From an uncultured Armatimonadetes bacterium (GTDB lineage: Bacteria > Armatimonadota > UBA5829 > DTJY01): 64,000 nucleotides of DNA. The notes beneath the pieces are model-generated. The model ran no database searches. It was not told where the DNA came from and worked only from the letters and a program-made list of their open reading frames with translations. Of the stretch, positions 43,668 through 54,223 are shown piece by piece. Made by a program: the position numbers and the translations under genes. The stretch is from positions 64,001 through 128,000 of the forward strand of contig OY970325.1 in assembly GCA_963717145.1 (NCBI GenBank), written 5' to 3'. Within the stretch, counting starts at the first letter, position 1, and each line of letters begins with the position of its first letter.

Positions 43668-43800
43668 AATTAAGTGTACCGGGGGCACTTTCGGGTACGA
43701 CTTATGATACCCCTACCGACGAGCGGGCAAAACTTCTTTTGGAGTTTCTTTTTTACAGGCATGCCAACTTGGCATATGGGCTACCGAGAGGTTCAGCGGT

Positions 43801-44844
43801 CTACAGTCTGTCCTTATAGGTGTGGCCTGGCCCCGCCGCCACCGTCCGGCCGATGGAGAGTATCCGCGACCTCATGCATCCATCGCAGAGTTCAGGATCC
43901 TCGGTGATGCAGCGCTTCTCGGGGTAGATCTCGTAGTCTACGCGATACTTGAGCGGCGTGTAGTTCGGCATCACGACGTTCGCCCCGGCCATCAGTGCTT
44001 TCTCGCGCCCGAACTCGTCAATCGACCCAACGGCCGTGGTCGCCGGCATCAAGGCGTTCCGAGTGACGATCCTGACGACCGCGATCATCTGTAACGTCAG
44101 CGTCAGGTCGCCGCGGGGTGATTCCGCCAGCGGCGTGTTGGGGTGGGGGATGAACGGCCCGATGCCGATCATGTCGGGGTCGAGTTCGCGCAGGAACTCC
44201 ACGTCGTTCGCCATGTCCTCAACCGTCTGACCGGGAAGCCCGACCATGCAGCCCGCGCCAACCTGGTAGCCCAACTCCTTCAGTTGGTACAGGCACTGAC
44301 GCCGGTTCGCGAACTGCGAGTCGGGGTGGAGGCGTCCGTAGAGTTCGGGGCTCGCGGTCTCATGGCGCAGGAGAAACCGATCAGCGCCGGCCTCCTTCAT
44401 GATGCGGTAATCCTCCCCGGAGCGCTCGCCGATCGAGAGGGTGACCGCGCAGTCGGCCCGCAACTTGATGCCCCGGACGATCTCGGCCACCCGCTCGGAG
44501 GTGAACCAGGGATCCTCGCCGGACTGGAGTACGACCGTCCCGATCCCCTTCCCCGCGATGACGGCCGCCCTCTCGATGATCTCCTCGGGTGTCATGCGGT
44601 ATCTGTGAACCTCGACGTTCTCGCGCCGGAGTCCGCAGTAGAGGCAATCTCGGGCGCAGATGTTGGAGAACTCGATCAGCCCGCGGATGTGTACATCGTC
44701 GCCAACGCATTCCCTGCGGACGTGATCGGCCGCGTCCACCAGACGTGCGATGCCATCGTCATCTCCGAGCGAGAGGAGCGCGATAATCTCCTCCCGCGTC
44801 AGATCGCCGGTCGTTCGTGCTTTCGCCAGTGTATCGTTTGACAT
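43801..44844 (-). CDS. hydE: [FeFe]-hydrogenase maturase HydE
   Basis: RGLIEFSNICARDCLYCGLR, LLRHET, GIGPFIPHPNTP, PATTA, GANVVMPN. Confidence 0.93.
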   Translation of the reverse strand: MSNDTLAKARTTGDLTREEIIALLSLGDDDGIARLVDAADHVRRECVGDDVHIRGLIEFSNICARDCLYCGLRRENVEVHRYRMTPEEIIERAAVIAGKGIGTVVLQSGEDPWFTSERVAEIVRGIKLRADCAVTLSIGERSGEDYRIMKEAGADRFLLRHETASPELYGRLHPDSQFANRRQCLYQLKELGYQVGAGCMVGLPGQTVEDMANDVEFLRELDPDMIGIGPFIPHPNTPLAESPRGDLTLTLQMIAVVRIVTRNALMPATTAVGSIDEFGREKALMAGANVVMPNYTPLKYRVDYEIYPEKRCITEDPELCDGCMRSRILSIGRTVAAGPGHTYKDRL

Positions 44845-44955
44845 TGTGATTCTCTTCACAGACCAATTGTACCTGAATTCGGTGCTGTAAGTCCAGCGTT
44901 TGCCGGCGTGCATGTGGTATACTATATGCAATCGCGTGCGAATCCGAGGAGCCAC

Positions 44956-45228
44956 ATGTCATTGACTTACACCGTAGTTGTGATGAGAGAGAAGGACGGC
45001 CGATACTCCGTGATGGTGCCTGCGCTGCCCGGTTGCGCCACGTGGGGCGAGACTCTCCCACAGGCTCTCCGCATGGTGGAGGAAGCAGTACTGGCCTATA
45101 TGGACGGTCTGGAAGCGCTGGGCAAGTCGGCGCCCCATGATGTCGAGGCCGTGACCGTCGACTTAGGAGATGCCGCTGAGGCTTCAGTCTACAAGGTGAC
45201 CGTTCAGGAGGAAGCGAAGGTTGCCTAA
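44956..45228 (+). CDS. hicB: HicB-family antitoxin
   Basis: YSVMVPALPGCATWGET..QAL....EA; SD GAGGAG. Confidence 0.9.
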   Translation: MSLTYTVVVMREKDGRYSVMVPALPGCATWGETLPQALRMVEEAVLAYMDGLEALGKSAPHDVEAVTVDLGDAAEASVYKVTVQEEAKVA

Positions 45229-45448
45229 GCTTCCGAACGTGTCGGGCCGCCAACTGGTGAGTGCGCTGCAGCGATCAGGCTTTGAGACATGCCGCCAGCG
45301 GGGAAGCCACGTGACAATGGTCAACCGCTCAAAGGGACTTACTGTCGTCGTGCCAGTCCATCGTGGAAAGGACCTGCCCCCCGGGACGTTAGCCGGTATT
45401 CTCGCAGGCGCCGGCATCACCGCCGATCAGCTTCGAAACCTGTTGTAG
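45221..45448 (+). CDS. hicA: HicA-family toxin
   Basis: GF...RQRGSH...VVVPVH...LPPGTLAGIL. Confidence 0.92.
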   Translation: MPKLPNVSGRQLVSALQRSGFETCRQRGSHVTMVNRSKGLTVVVPVHRGKDLPPGTLAGILAGAGITADQLRNLL

Positions 45449-45454
45449 CCCCGC

Positions 45455-46891
45455 CTATACGTACAAATCCCGCTTGCCGTCACGGAGCGCGCCGAGCATC
45501 ATGCGGACCCTCTGCTGGTGCATCGGAGGAAGCTCATCGAGCTGATCGTGGATCAGCCGCTCGCCGGCCTCGCGGGCCTGAGGCGTCGCATGGTCGAGCA
45601 GGTACTCCTGGAACGAGAGGATCGCATTCGGGAGGCACATGTGCCCGATGTCGCCGGTCTTCGCAAGGGACATGAACCGGTCGCCGGTGCGCTCGAGCCG
45701 GTAACATGCCGTGCAGAAGCTCGGTATGAACCCCTTCTGAGAGAGCGTCTCGATCAGCTCCGCGAGACTGCGAGTGTCCCCGATCTCGAACTGCTCGGCC
45801 TCCGGTGCGTGCTGCGCCTTCTTCCCGTATGCGCCCGGCGATGTGCACGACCCCGCGCTTAGCTGCGAAACACCCAGGTCGAACAATTCGTCCCTCAGGT
45901 CCGCCTGTTCCCTGGTGGATAGGATCAGCCCTGTGTACGGCACCGCCAGCCTCAGTGCGGCGACGATCTTGCGGAAGTCCATGTCCGACACGGGGTATGG
46001 CGGTTCGATGGCGACCGGTGCATTCAGCGCCGGTTCGAGCCTCGGTACGGAGATCGTGTGCGGACCGATCCCGAACTTGGCCTCCAGGTAACGGATGTGT
46101 GACAGGAGAGCCAAACATTCGTAGCGAAAGTCGTACAATCCGAACAGCGCGCCGATCCCGACATCGTCGATCCCTGCCTCGATCGCGCGGTCGGGGGCCG
46201 TCAGCCGCCACATGTAGTCGGCCTTCATCCCGGACGGATGAACATACTTGTACGTCTCGGGGTGATAGGTTTCCTGGAATATCTGGTACGTACCTATACC
46301 GCATTCCTTCAGCCTTCGGAAGTCGCCGACGGTCATCGGGGCGGCATTGACGTTGACGCGTCGGATCTCGCCGTCATCGGAGTGAGTGCCGTAGACCGCC
46401 GAGATCGCCTCCTCCAGGTACTCGATCGACGACTTCCCCGGGTCCTCGCCTGCAACGAGCAGGAGGCGCTTGTGACCCTCGGCGAGCAGGACCTTGACCT
46501 CGTCCCGGATCTGATCGGGAGTGAGGCGTGTCCTGTTTAGTTCCCTATTGTCTCGCCGGAAGCCGCAGTAGAGGCAGTTGTTCGTGCAGTAGTTCGAGAG
46601 GTATACCGGCGCGAAGAAGACGAGCCTGCGTCCGTAGACGGTCTCCTTGACCTCGCGGGCCGTCTCGAACACGCGCTCCATCATATGCTCATCTTCTATG
46701 GCAAGGATGGAAGCCAACTCCGCAAGCGTGAGCCCCTTGAGACCGCGAGCGGCCTCGAGGATCGCGTCCAACTCATCGGCGGTCGGCGCTTTGGCCGAGT
46801 CGAGAACGGCGATGATCTCGTCCGGCTGCATGTGGTCGCCGATGTCGACGCTCTTGTCTATGCGAATGGTATGCGGATGTCTCTCTTCCAT
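45455..46891 (-). CDS. hydG: [FeFe]-hydrogenase maturase HydG
   Basis: FAPVYLSNYCTNNCLYCGF, GPHTISVPR, PSFCTACYR..RTGDRFM. Confidence 0.95.
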   Translation of the reverse strand: MEERHPHTIRIDKSVDIGDHMQPDEIIAVLDSAKAPTADELDAILEAARGLKGLTLAELASILAIEDEHMMERVFETAREVKETVYGRRLVFFAPVYLSNYCTNNCLYCGFRRDNRELNRTRLTPDQIRDEVKVLLAEGHKRLLLVAGEDPGKSSIEYLEEAISAVYGTHSDDGEIRRVNVNAAPMTVGDFRRLKECGIGTYQIFQETYHPETYKYVHPSGMKADYMWRLTAPDRAIEAGIDDVGIGALFGLYDFRYECLALLSHIRYLEAKFGIGPHTISVPRLEPALNAPVAIEPPYPVSDMDFRKIVAALRLAVPYTGLILSTREQADLRDELFDLGVSQLSAGSCTSPGAYGKKAQHAPEAEQFEIGDTRSLAELIETLSQKGFIPSFCTACYRLERTGDRFMSLAKTGDIGHMCLPNAILSFQEYLLDHATPQAREAGERLIHDQLDELPPMHQQRVRMMLGALRDGKRDLYV

Positions 46892-46940
46892 AACTGCCAA
46901 CTTACTGCCTCCTGGGTCTCGAAAGGAAACGCCCGAACGT

Positions 46941-47003
46941 TGTAGGGGCGTGCCTCGTGCCGCCCGGTATCGTGTTAAGGGCGGCACAAGGCACGCCCCT
47001 ACA
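46941..47003. repeat. GTAG-type REP doublet
   Basis: TGTAGGGGCGTGCCTCGTGCCGCCC ... GGGCGGCACAAGGCACGCCCCTACA (1 mismatch). Confidence 0.88.
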
Positions 47004-47023
47004 GCGCCTTCATTACTCCTACG

Positions 47024-48796
47024 TTAGCGTGATTTCGCCAGCTCTTGCGGCATGTCGATCGCAGGGTACTTCTGCCTGCGAGTGTAGTGAGTGTGCAACA
47101 GCTTGTGCGACATCTCACCGTTCGGCGCTCCGAGGAACTCCTCGTACAGAGTCGCTACTGCCGGGTTCTCGTGCGACTTGCGCATCGGCATGCCGCGGTC
47201 GTCGTCGTAGATCGCCCGCGCGCGCGCCATGCGGATCTCCGGAGTCGTCGGGAACGGCTGTCCGCCGCCACCGAGACATCCGCCGGGGCACGCCATGATC
47301 TCGATGAAGTGATAGTCCGAGTCGCCATTCTTGATCGCCTCGAGCAGCTTGCGGGCATTGGCCAGACCGTGGGCGACCGCGGCCTTGACCTGCAGACCGT
47401 CGATGTCGACTGTGGCCTCTTTGACGCCCTGCATGCCTCGGACCGCGTCGATTTCGACGTCATCGAGCGCGTCGCCGGTGATCACCTCGTAGGCGGTCCG
47501 AAGCGCCGCTTCCATGACGCCGCCGGTCGCGCCGAAGATGACGCCGCGCCGGTGGACATGCCGAGCGGGTCGTCGAACTCGCCGTCATGCAGGTTCGGCA
47601 GGTCGATACCGGCCTCTTTGATCATGCCGGCCGCCTCGCGAGTGGTCAGGACGTAGTCCACGTCCTTGATAGCCGCTGGAGATACATCTCAGGCCGTCGC
47701 GACTCGAACTTCTTCGCGGCGCACGGCATGATCGAGACGACGACCATGTTCGTCGGGTCGATGCCCGATCTTCTCCGCGTAGTAGGTCTTCGCGAGCGCG
47801 CCGAACATCTGCTGCGGGATCTTGCAGCGTCGAGAGATGCGGCAGCAGCTCCGGGTAGAAGTGCTCGATGAACTTGATCCAACCCGGGAGCACGACGTGA
47901 TCATGCGGGAGCACGCCGCCGTTCTGGTCACGCGCTCGATCAGCTCGTGCCCTCTTCCATGATGGTCAGGTCGGCGGTGAAGTCGGTGTCGAACACCTTG
48001 TCGAAGCCGAGCATCTTCAGCGCAGTGACCATCTTGCCGGTGACGCGGCTTCCGGCGGCATGCCGAACTCCTCGCCGATCGCCGCGCGGACAGCCGGGGC
48101 GGTCTGCACGACCACGTACTTGTCGGGGTCGTAGATCGCGTCCCAGATCTCCGGAGCAGGGTCCTTGGCCTTGAGCGCGCCGGTGGGGCAGCGGTTGATG
48201 CACTGGCCGCAGTTCACGCAGACCGACATCCGCGAGTCGGCTTGCCGAGGGCCGGGCCGATCGTCGGTCTCCCATCCGCGATTGCTCGCGAACAGCGCGC
48301 CGACGCTCTGGATCTCGTGGCACACTCGGACGCATCGCTTGCACAGGATGCACTTCTCCGGGTTGCGGATCAGGGACGGGCTCGATACGTCGAGCGGCTG
48401 CTCGCGGCGCTCGCCCTTGAACCGGACCTCCTGGATGCCCAGCTCCTTCGCCAGCTTCTGAAGCTCGCACTTCTGGTTGGCGGAGCAGGTGAGACAGTCC
48501 TGAGGATGGTTCGCGAGCAGCAGCTCGACGATCATCCGGCGCGCCTCGCGGACCTTCGGGGAGTGAGTGTTGACCTCCATCCCTTCGGACACCGGGTACG
48601 CGCATGCCGGGCACAGGAGACGCTGTCCCTTGACCTCGACCACGCAGATTCGGCACACACCCTCGACGCTCAGGTCCGGATGGTAGCAGAGCGTCGGGAT
48701 GTATATCCCGGCCTTCTGCGCGGCCTGGAGGATTGTCATTCCCTCCTCGGCCTGCACTCGCTGGCCGTTGATCTTGATGTTCACTGAATTAGCCAT
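47024..48796 (-). CDS. hydA: [FeFe]-hydrogenase catalytic subunit (group A3-type), many frameshifts
   Basis: IPTLC, HPQDCLTC, two CxxCxxC motifs, H-cluster motifs ITSCS.GW, MPCAAKKFE, EIMACPGGCLGGGGQP. Confidence 0.92.
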
Positions 48797-50442
48797 TTGC
48801 TTGGGCACCCCTTCCGACTTGCTCCATCGCGCACACCCCGGTGGGGCAGTTACCTGTCCTGCGACGTGAGCCAAGATACTCGTTCTTCGAACAGCGGCAG
48901 GCTGGTGACTGAAGGCGATCCCGGCGAACTGGCCGAGTCCGCACCTGGATGACGAGGCCATCTTGTTGGCCAGGATCAAGCATCATCTCGATGTCGCCTC
49001 GCTTCTCCGTCGCCTGCCGTCCACCAGTTGAGCATCTCGATACATGCGCTTGGTGCCTTCGCGGCACGGAATGCACTGTCCGCACGACTCGTGCTAGAAG
49101 AACTGCCAGCGCAGTTCTGCATCAGATCGACGATGCACTTGTCCTCGTCCACGACGATCAGCGCGCCCGCGCCGGGCGAGAGGTCCTCGTAGGCAAAGCT
49201 TGCGGTCGAGGCTCTCTTTGCCGACGCATACTCCGGACGGACCGCCGATCAGGACCGCCTTGAGCTCCTTGCCGGACTTCGATGCCGCCCGCCATTTCGT
49301 AGATGCACCTCGCGCATCGTGACTCCGAACGGGACTTCGATACACGCCCGGCTACAGTACGTCGCCGCACGGGCGAGAAGATCTTGGTTCCCTTGCTCTT
49401 CTCGGTGCCGATGCCGGAGTACCAGTCGTCGCCGTTCAGCGATGATGTGCGGGATGTTCGCGAGGGTCTCGACGTTGTTGATGACGGTCGGCTGCGGCCC
49501 ACAGTCCCTGAGTCGGCGGGATACGGCGGCTTCACCTGCGATTCGCCCCGTCGTGCCTTCGAGCGACTCGAGCAGGGCCGTCTCTTCGCCGCAGACGTAA
49601 GCGCCCGCGCCCTTGAAGACCTCTATGTCGAAGTCGAAGCCCGAGCCGAAGATGTCCTCGCCGAGCAGGCCCATCTCACGCGCGATCTGCGATTGCCCTC
49701 TGCAGGTTGTGCGACCGACTGCTTGATACTCGCCGCGGATGTAGATGTAGCCCTTGTCCGCACCGACCGCGTAGCCCGCGATGATCATCCCCTCGACGAT
49801 CTGTGCGGGTCGCCTTCGAGGATCAGCCTGTCCTTGAAGTTGCCCGGCTCGCCTTCGTCCGCGTTGCAGATGATCGTCTTCGGCGCGCCTGGTGCGACTT
49901 GGCGGCGAACTCCCACTTGAGTCCTGTCGGGAACGCGGCCGCCACCGCGTCCGCGCAGGTTGGACTTCTTGATCTCGTCGATCACCTGCTCGGGAGTCAT
50001 CGTCGTCAGAGCCTTGCCGACAGCTTCGTAACCGCCGACCGCGATGTACTCCTCGAACGATTTCGGGTCGATGACTCCGACGTTCTTCAGCACGACTTTC
50101 TGCTGCTTGGCGACGAACGGCACCCCGCCTGCGGGACCGCTCTTCGCAATGTCGCCCTTGTATATCAGCCTGGGAACGACTCGTCCCTTGAGGAGGTGCT
50201 CCTCCACGATCTCCTGCGCGTCGGAAGGCATCAGGTTGGCGTAGATCGTCCCCTCGGGGTAGACCACGATGACCGGACCGCACTCCGAGGACGCCCAGAC
50301 AACCGGTCTCGACAACCCGGATTTCGTTGTCCAGCCCCGCCTTCTGTATCTCGTCGTTCAGCGCAGCCTGGACCGCCCTGCTTCCCTTGAGCACGCACGA
50401 TGCGCCGTTGCATACCAGAATGTGTGATCTGTAGAATGGCAT
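48789..50442 (-). CDS. hydB: HydB/NuoF-like diaphorase subunit, copy 2 (no C-terminal ferredoxin domain), many frameshifts
   Basis: LRGRGG, NADEGEPGNFKDR, GAGAYVCGEE, GGPSG; ends CPTGVCAMEQVGRGAQANG*. Confidence 0.85.
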
Positions 50443-50443
50443 G

Positions 50444-50935
50444 CTAGGCCTCCTTTCCTGCGTAACTGCCGAGAATATCGGGTATCATCTCCGGCGTCAG
50501 GTTGCCGTGAACTTCGTCGTTCACCATGATCGCCGGCGCGACGCCGCAGACCCCGAAGCAACTCACGTGTTCGAGTGTGAACATGCCGTCGCCGGTCGTC
50601 TCGCCATTCTTGATGCCGAGCCTGTCCGCGACTGCGCCGATGATCGCCTTCGAGCCTTCGATGTGGCACGGGGCGCTGTCGCACACTCTGACGACGTACT
50701 TGCCTTTCGGTTTCGTACTGAACAGCGTGTAGAAAGTCGCCGTGCCGTAGACTTCACTGACCGGAATATCCAGTCCCTCTGCCACTTCCTCCATGGCGCT
50801 CTCCGGCAGGAAGCCGAATTTCGCCTGTACCTCGTGCAGGATCGGCAGCAGGTTGCCCCGGAACGCGTTGTGCCTGGCAACGATTGTCTTAATGTCCGCA
50901 GAGCAACACTCTGCGCATTTCTGCCCTGAACTCAA
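50444..50935 (-). CDS. hydC: HydC/NuoE-like [2Fe-2S] subunit, copy 2
   Basis: TATFY, VCDSAPCH, SCFGVC; SD GGAGG before TTG. Confidence 0.9.
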   Translation of the reverse strand: MSSGQKCAECCSADIKTIVARHNAFRGNLLPILHEVQAKFGFLPESAMEEVAEGLDIPVSEVYGTATFYTLFSTKPKGKYVVRVCDSAPCHIEGSKAIIGAVADRLGIKNGETTGDGMFTLEHVSCFGVCGVAPAIMVNDEVHGNLTPEMIPDILGSYAGKEA

Positions 50936-50960
50936 GCGTACACCTCCGTTTATTAGTTCA

Positions 50961-52745
50961 CTAACCTTTGATGATTGCCTCAAACTGGCAATTCTCTATG
51001 CAGATTCCGCATTTCGTGCACGTCTCGTGGGATATGACGTGCGGCTCCCTGCGGTTGCCCGAAACGGCGCCCACAGGGCAGTTCTTCGCGCACAACGTGC
51101 ATCCTCGGCAGCGCTCCGCGATGATCTCGTAATGGATCATCGCGGTGCACACCCCTGCCGGGCAGCGCTTCTCCCGCACATGCGCCTCATACTCATCGCG
51201 GAAGTACCGGAGAGTCGCGCGCACCGAGTTCGGCGCAGTCTGTCCGAGGCCACAGAGCGATGTCGCTTCGATGGTAGTCGCCAGGGTCTCCAGGAGTTCT
51301 ATGTCCTCCGGCTCTCCCTGGCCTTTGGTGATCCGGGTGAGGATCTCCAGCATTCTCTTGCAGCCCTCGCGGCACGGAGCGCACTGGCCGCATGACTCCT
51401 CGATCGTGAACTCGAGGAAGAACCTGGCTACATCGACCATGCAAGTATTGTCGTCCATGACGATCAGGCCGCCCGAGCCTATGATCGAGCCAGCCTTCTG
51501 AAGGTTGTCGTAGTCGACAGGCATGTCGAGCAACGACACGGGCAGACACCCGCCCGAAGGCCCTCCGGTCTGGATCGCCTTGAACTCCCGGCCGCCCGGG
51601 ATTCCTCCGCCGATGTCGTAGACGATCTCCCGCAGCGTCGTGCCGAAGGGGACCTCGATGAGCCCGGTGTTGACGATGTTGCCGGCGAGGGCGAACACCT
51701 TGGTGCCCTTGCTCTTCTCCGTGCCATACTGAGCATACCAGTCGCCGCCGTTGCGGATGATGTTGGCGACGTTGCCGTAGGTCTCCACGTTGTTGATCAG
51801 TGTCGGCTTGCCCCACAGCCCCGAGACGGCGGGGTAGGGCGGCTTGGGCCTCGGTTCGCCGCGCTCTCCCTCGATCGACGCCATCAACGCCGTTTCCTCG
51901 CCGCAGACGAATGCTCCAGCTCCCTTACGGATCTGGATGTCGAAGTCGAGTTTGTCGAAGATGCCCTTGCCGAGCAGCCCAAACTCGCGCGCCTGGTCGA
52001 TCGCCTTCTGTAGCCTTTGGATCGCCAGTGGATACTCAGCCCGGACGTATACGAAGCCTTCCTGAGCGCCGATCGCGTGCGCCGCGATGGTCATCCCCTC
52101 GATGACCGCGTGCGGATCGCCCTCCAGAAGCGAGCGGTCCATGAATGCACCGGGGTCACCCTCGTCGCCGTTGCATACGATGTATTTGATGTCGCCCTCC
52201 GCTTGGCGGGCGAAATCCCACTTCCTCGCGGCCGGGAATCCAGCGCCCCCACGACCTCTGAGCCCTGACTTCGCGAGTTCCGCGATCACCGCTTCCGGCG
52301 TCATCTGAGTCACAGCCTTGCCCAGGCCCTCGTAGCCTCCTCGAGCAATGTAGTCCTCGATGACGTTCGGATCGATGGTGCCCAGGTTCTTCAGCACGAT
52401 CCTGGTCTGCTTCGCAAAGAACGGAATGTCCTCGTAGCGAGGCATGTGCTCCTCGCCCTTCTTTGCGAGCAGCCGCTCGACGAGTCGCCCCTTCATGAGG
52501 TGCTCGGAGACGATCTCCCCGGCATCCGCGGCGGATACACTGGTGTAAAAGATCCCCTCGGGATATATGATGATGACGGGCCCGAGATCACACGTGCCGA
52601 CACAACCGGTGTCATAGACGCTGACCTCGGTATCCAGTCCGGCCGCCGCGATCCGTTCCTTCAGCGATGCTTCGACCTCGCGCGCCCCTGAAGCGATGCA
52701 TGCCGCTCCGGCGCATACCAGAACATGTGAGCGATCAAGTTTCAT
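50961..52745 (-). CDS. hydB: HydB/NuoF-like diaphorase subunit, copy 1 (with C-terminal 2x[4Fe-4S])
   Basis: NGDEGDPGAFMDR, GAGAFVCGEE, GGPSGGC, CRGCTLC...CTKCGIC. Confidence 0.95.
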   Translation of the reverse strand: MKLDRSHVLVCAGAACIASGAREVEASLKERIAAAGLDTEVSVYDTGCVGTCDLGPVIIIYPEGIFYTSVSAADAGEIVSEHLMKGRLVERLLAKKGEEHMPRYEDIPFFAKQTRIVLKNLGTIDPNVIEDYIARGGYEGLGKAVTQMTPEAVIAELAKSGLRGRGGAGFPAARKWDFARQAEGDIKYIVCNGDEGDPGAFMDRSLLEGDPHAVIEGMTIAAHAIGAQEGFVYVRAEYPLAIQRLQKAIDQAREFGLLGKGIFDKLDFDIQIRKGAGAFVCGEETALMASIEGERGEPRPKPPYPAVSGLWGKPTLINNVETYGNVANIIRNGGDWYAQYGTEKSKGTKVFALAGNIVNTGLIEVPFGTTLREIVYDIGGGIPGGREFKAIQTGGPSGGCLPVSLLDMPVDYDNLQKAGSIIGSGGLIVMDDNTCMVDVARFFLEFTIEESCGQCAPCREGCKRMLEILTRITKGQGEPEDIELLETLATTIEATSLCGLGQTAPNSVRATLRYFRDEYEAHVREKRCPAGVCTAMIHYEIIAERCRGCTLCAKNCPVGAVSGNRREPHVISHETCTKCGICIENCQFEAIIKG

Positions 52746-52766
52746 TGCTTCCCAGACCCCTCCGGA

Positions 52767-53135
52767 CTACTCCCTGGAGGATGCCACGACCCATTCCCCG
52801 ACGATGTTGTCATTCACCAGGTGCTGGCCAATGATAGTGCGCGCCCGTTCGGGCGTCACGTATCCGTATGTGACCGTCGGCTGTCCGGGTTTGCTGACGT
52901 CGATCATCGGCTCCTGCTCGCACAGCCCCTTGCAGCCCGTCTGGGTCACAGCGACATCCTGGATGCCGCGCTTGCTCAGTTCGTCCATGATCGCAGACAT
53001 AGCATCCCTGGCGCCGGCCGCGATCCCGCAGGTCCCCATGGCGATCACGATCCTGGCCCTGTACTGGCCCTCGCGGACTTTCATCGCCTGCTGCGCCTGC
53101 TCTCTTACTTTTCGAAGATCCTCAAGACTCTTCAT
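52767..53135 (-). CDS. thioredoxin-like [2Fe-2S] ferredoxin (HydD-like)
   Basis: MGTCGIAAGA, TGCKGLCEQEP. Confidence 0.9.
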   Translation of the reverse strand: MKSLEDLRKVREQAQQAMKVREGQYRARIVIAMGTCGIAAGARDAMSAIMDELSKRGIQDVAVTQTGCKGLCEQEPMIDVSKPGQPTVTYGYVTPERARTIIGQHLVNDNIVGEWVVASSRE

Positions 53136-53154
53136 CCGGTTTTTCACCCTTTCT

Positions 53155-53703
53155 TCAATCGATCGTTCCTGCGTCCCGGATGCCTTCATCCAGGTACTGC
53201 TTCATCCACTCGATCACGAGCGGCTCATTGACCGGGACGTCGCCCAATTCTGCGGCGATTACCCCTGTATCAAACAGAAAACTCTTGTCGTCAACCTCGT
53301 ACCGGAGGATGAACCGTACCTCCGGGTTCGTTACTACCAGACTGATCGCTGTTTCCGCCACGTTTCCCAGCGGCGGACGGTCGATGTTGTCGTACTCGAA
53401 CGTCGCAGACACCATCGTGCCCTGTCCGGGCGACGATCGGACCCGGAGGGCTCCTCCGCTGCGTTCGGACGCCGCTCTCAGAAGCGGCAGTCCCAACCCG
53501 ACTTTCCGCGTCGTCCGCGTCGTCACGAACGGGTCCGTTACCGTGACCAGCATCTGCTCGTCCATACCTCGGCCATCGTCGCAGATCTCCGTCTTGAGGA
53601 GATTCTCCTCCGACCGTCTCGTCACCGTCACCGTCACGGTTGATGCCCCCGCTGACAGCGAATTCTGCGCTATGTCAAGGATGTGCAAGGAAATATCCCG
53701 CAC
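53155..53703 (-). CDS. stand-alone HATPase_c protein
   Basis: LHILDIAQNS, DDGRGM, DPFVTTRTTRKVGLGLP. Confidence 0.9.
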   Translation of the reverse strand: MRDISLHILDIAQNSLSAGASTVTVTVTRRSEENLLKTEICDDGRGMDEQMLVTVTDPFVTTRTTRKVGLGLPLLRAASERSGGALRVRSSPGQGTMVSATFEYDNIDRPPLGNVAETAISLVVTNPEVRFILRYEVDDKSFLFDTGVIAAELGDVPVNEPLVIEWMKQYLDEGIRDAGTID

Positions 53704-53724
53704 CCTATCCTCCGTGTCTCTTGC

Positions 53725-54223
53725 CTAACCGGTTCCTTCCGGCTTCTTCTCGAGCAGCTTGAAGACCTTGCTCGGACATACTTTCGCGTGAACCTTCTCG
53801 CCGATCACGACCACCGGCGCAAGGCTGCAAGCCCCCACGCAGCGCACTGCCTCCAGAGTGTAGTCACCGTCCGCTGTGGTCTTCGCCTTCCCTAATGCCC
53901 AACCCAGCCATGATCCGGTTGAAGACACCCTGCGAGCCTCTGACGTAGCAGGCGGTCCCCATACACACCTGGACTTTCTGTCGTCCCTGCGGCTTCAGGT
54001 GAAAGAAGTTGTAGAAACTCGCCACACCCGCCGTCTTGCTCAGCGGGATGTCGAGACCCTGCGCCACCTTGAGGAGCGCCCACTCAGGCAGATAGCCGAG
54101 CCGCTCCTGAACGGCATCGAGCACCGGGATCAGCGGGCCCTGCATGTCTTTGCGACTGGCTACGATCCCCTCTATCTCGCCGACGAGGTCCTTGCTCCCT
54201 GCCGGTATCGCTGTATCGGTCAT
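53725..54223 (-). CDS. hydC: HydC/NuoE-like [2Fe-2S] subunit, copy 1, frameshifted
   Basis: VASFY, VCMGTACYVRG, RCVGACSLAP. Confidence 0.88.
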
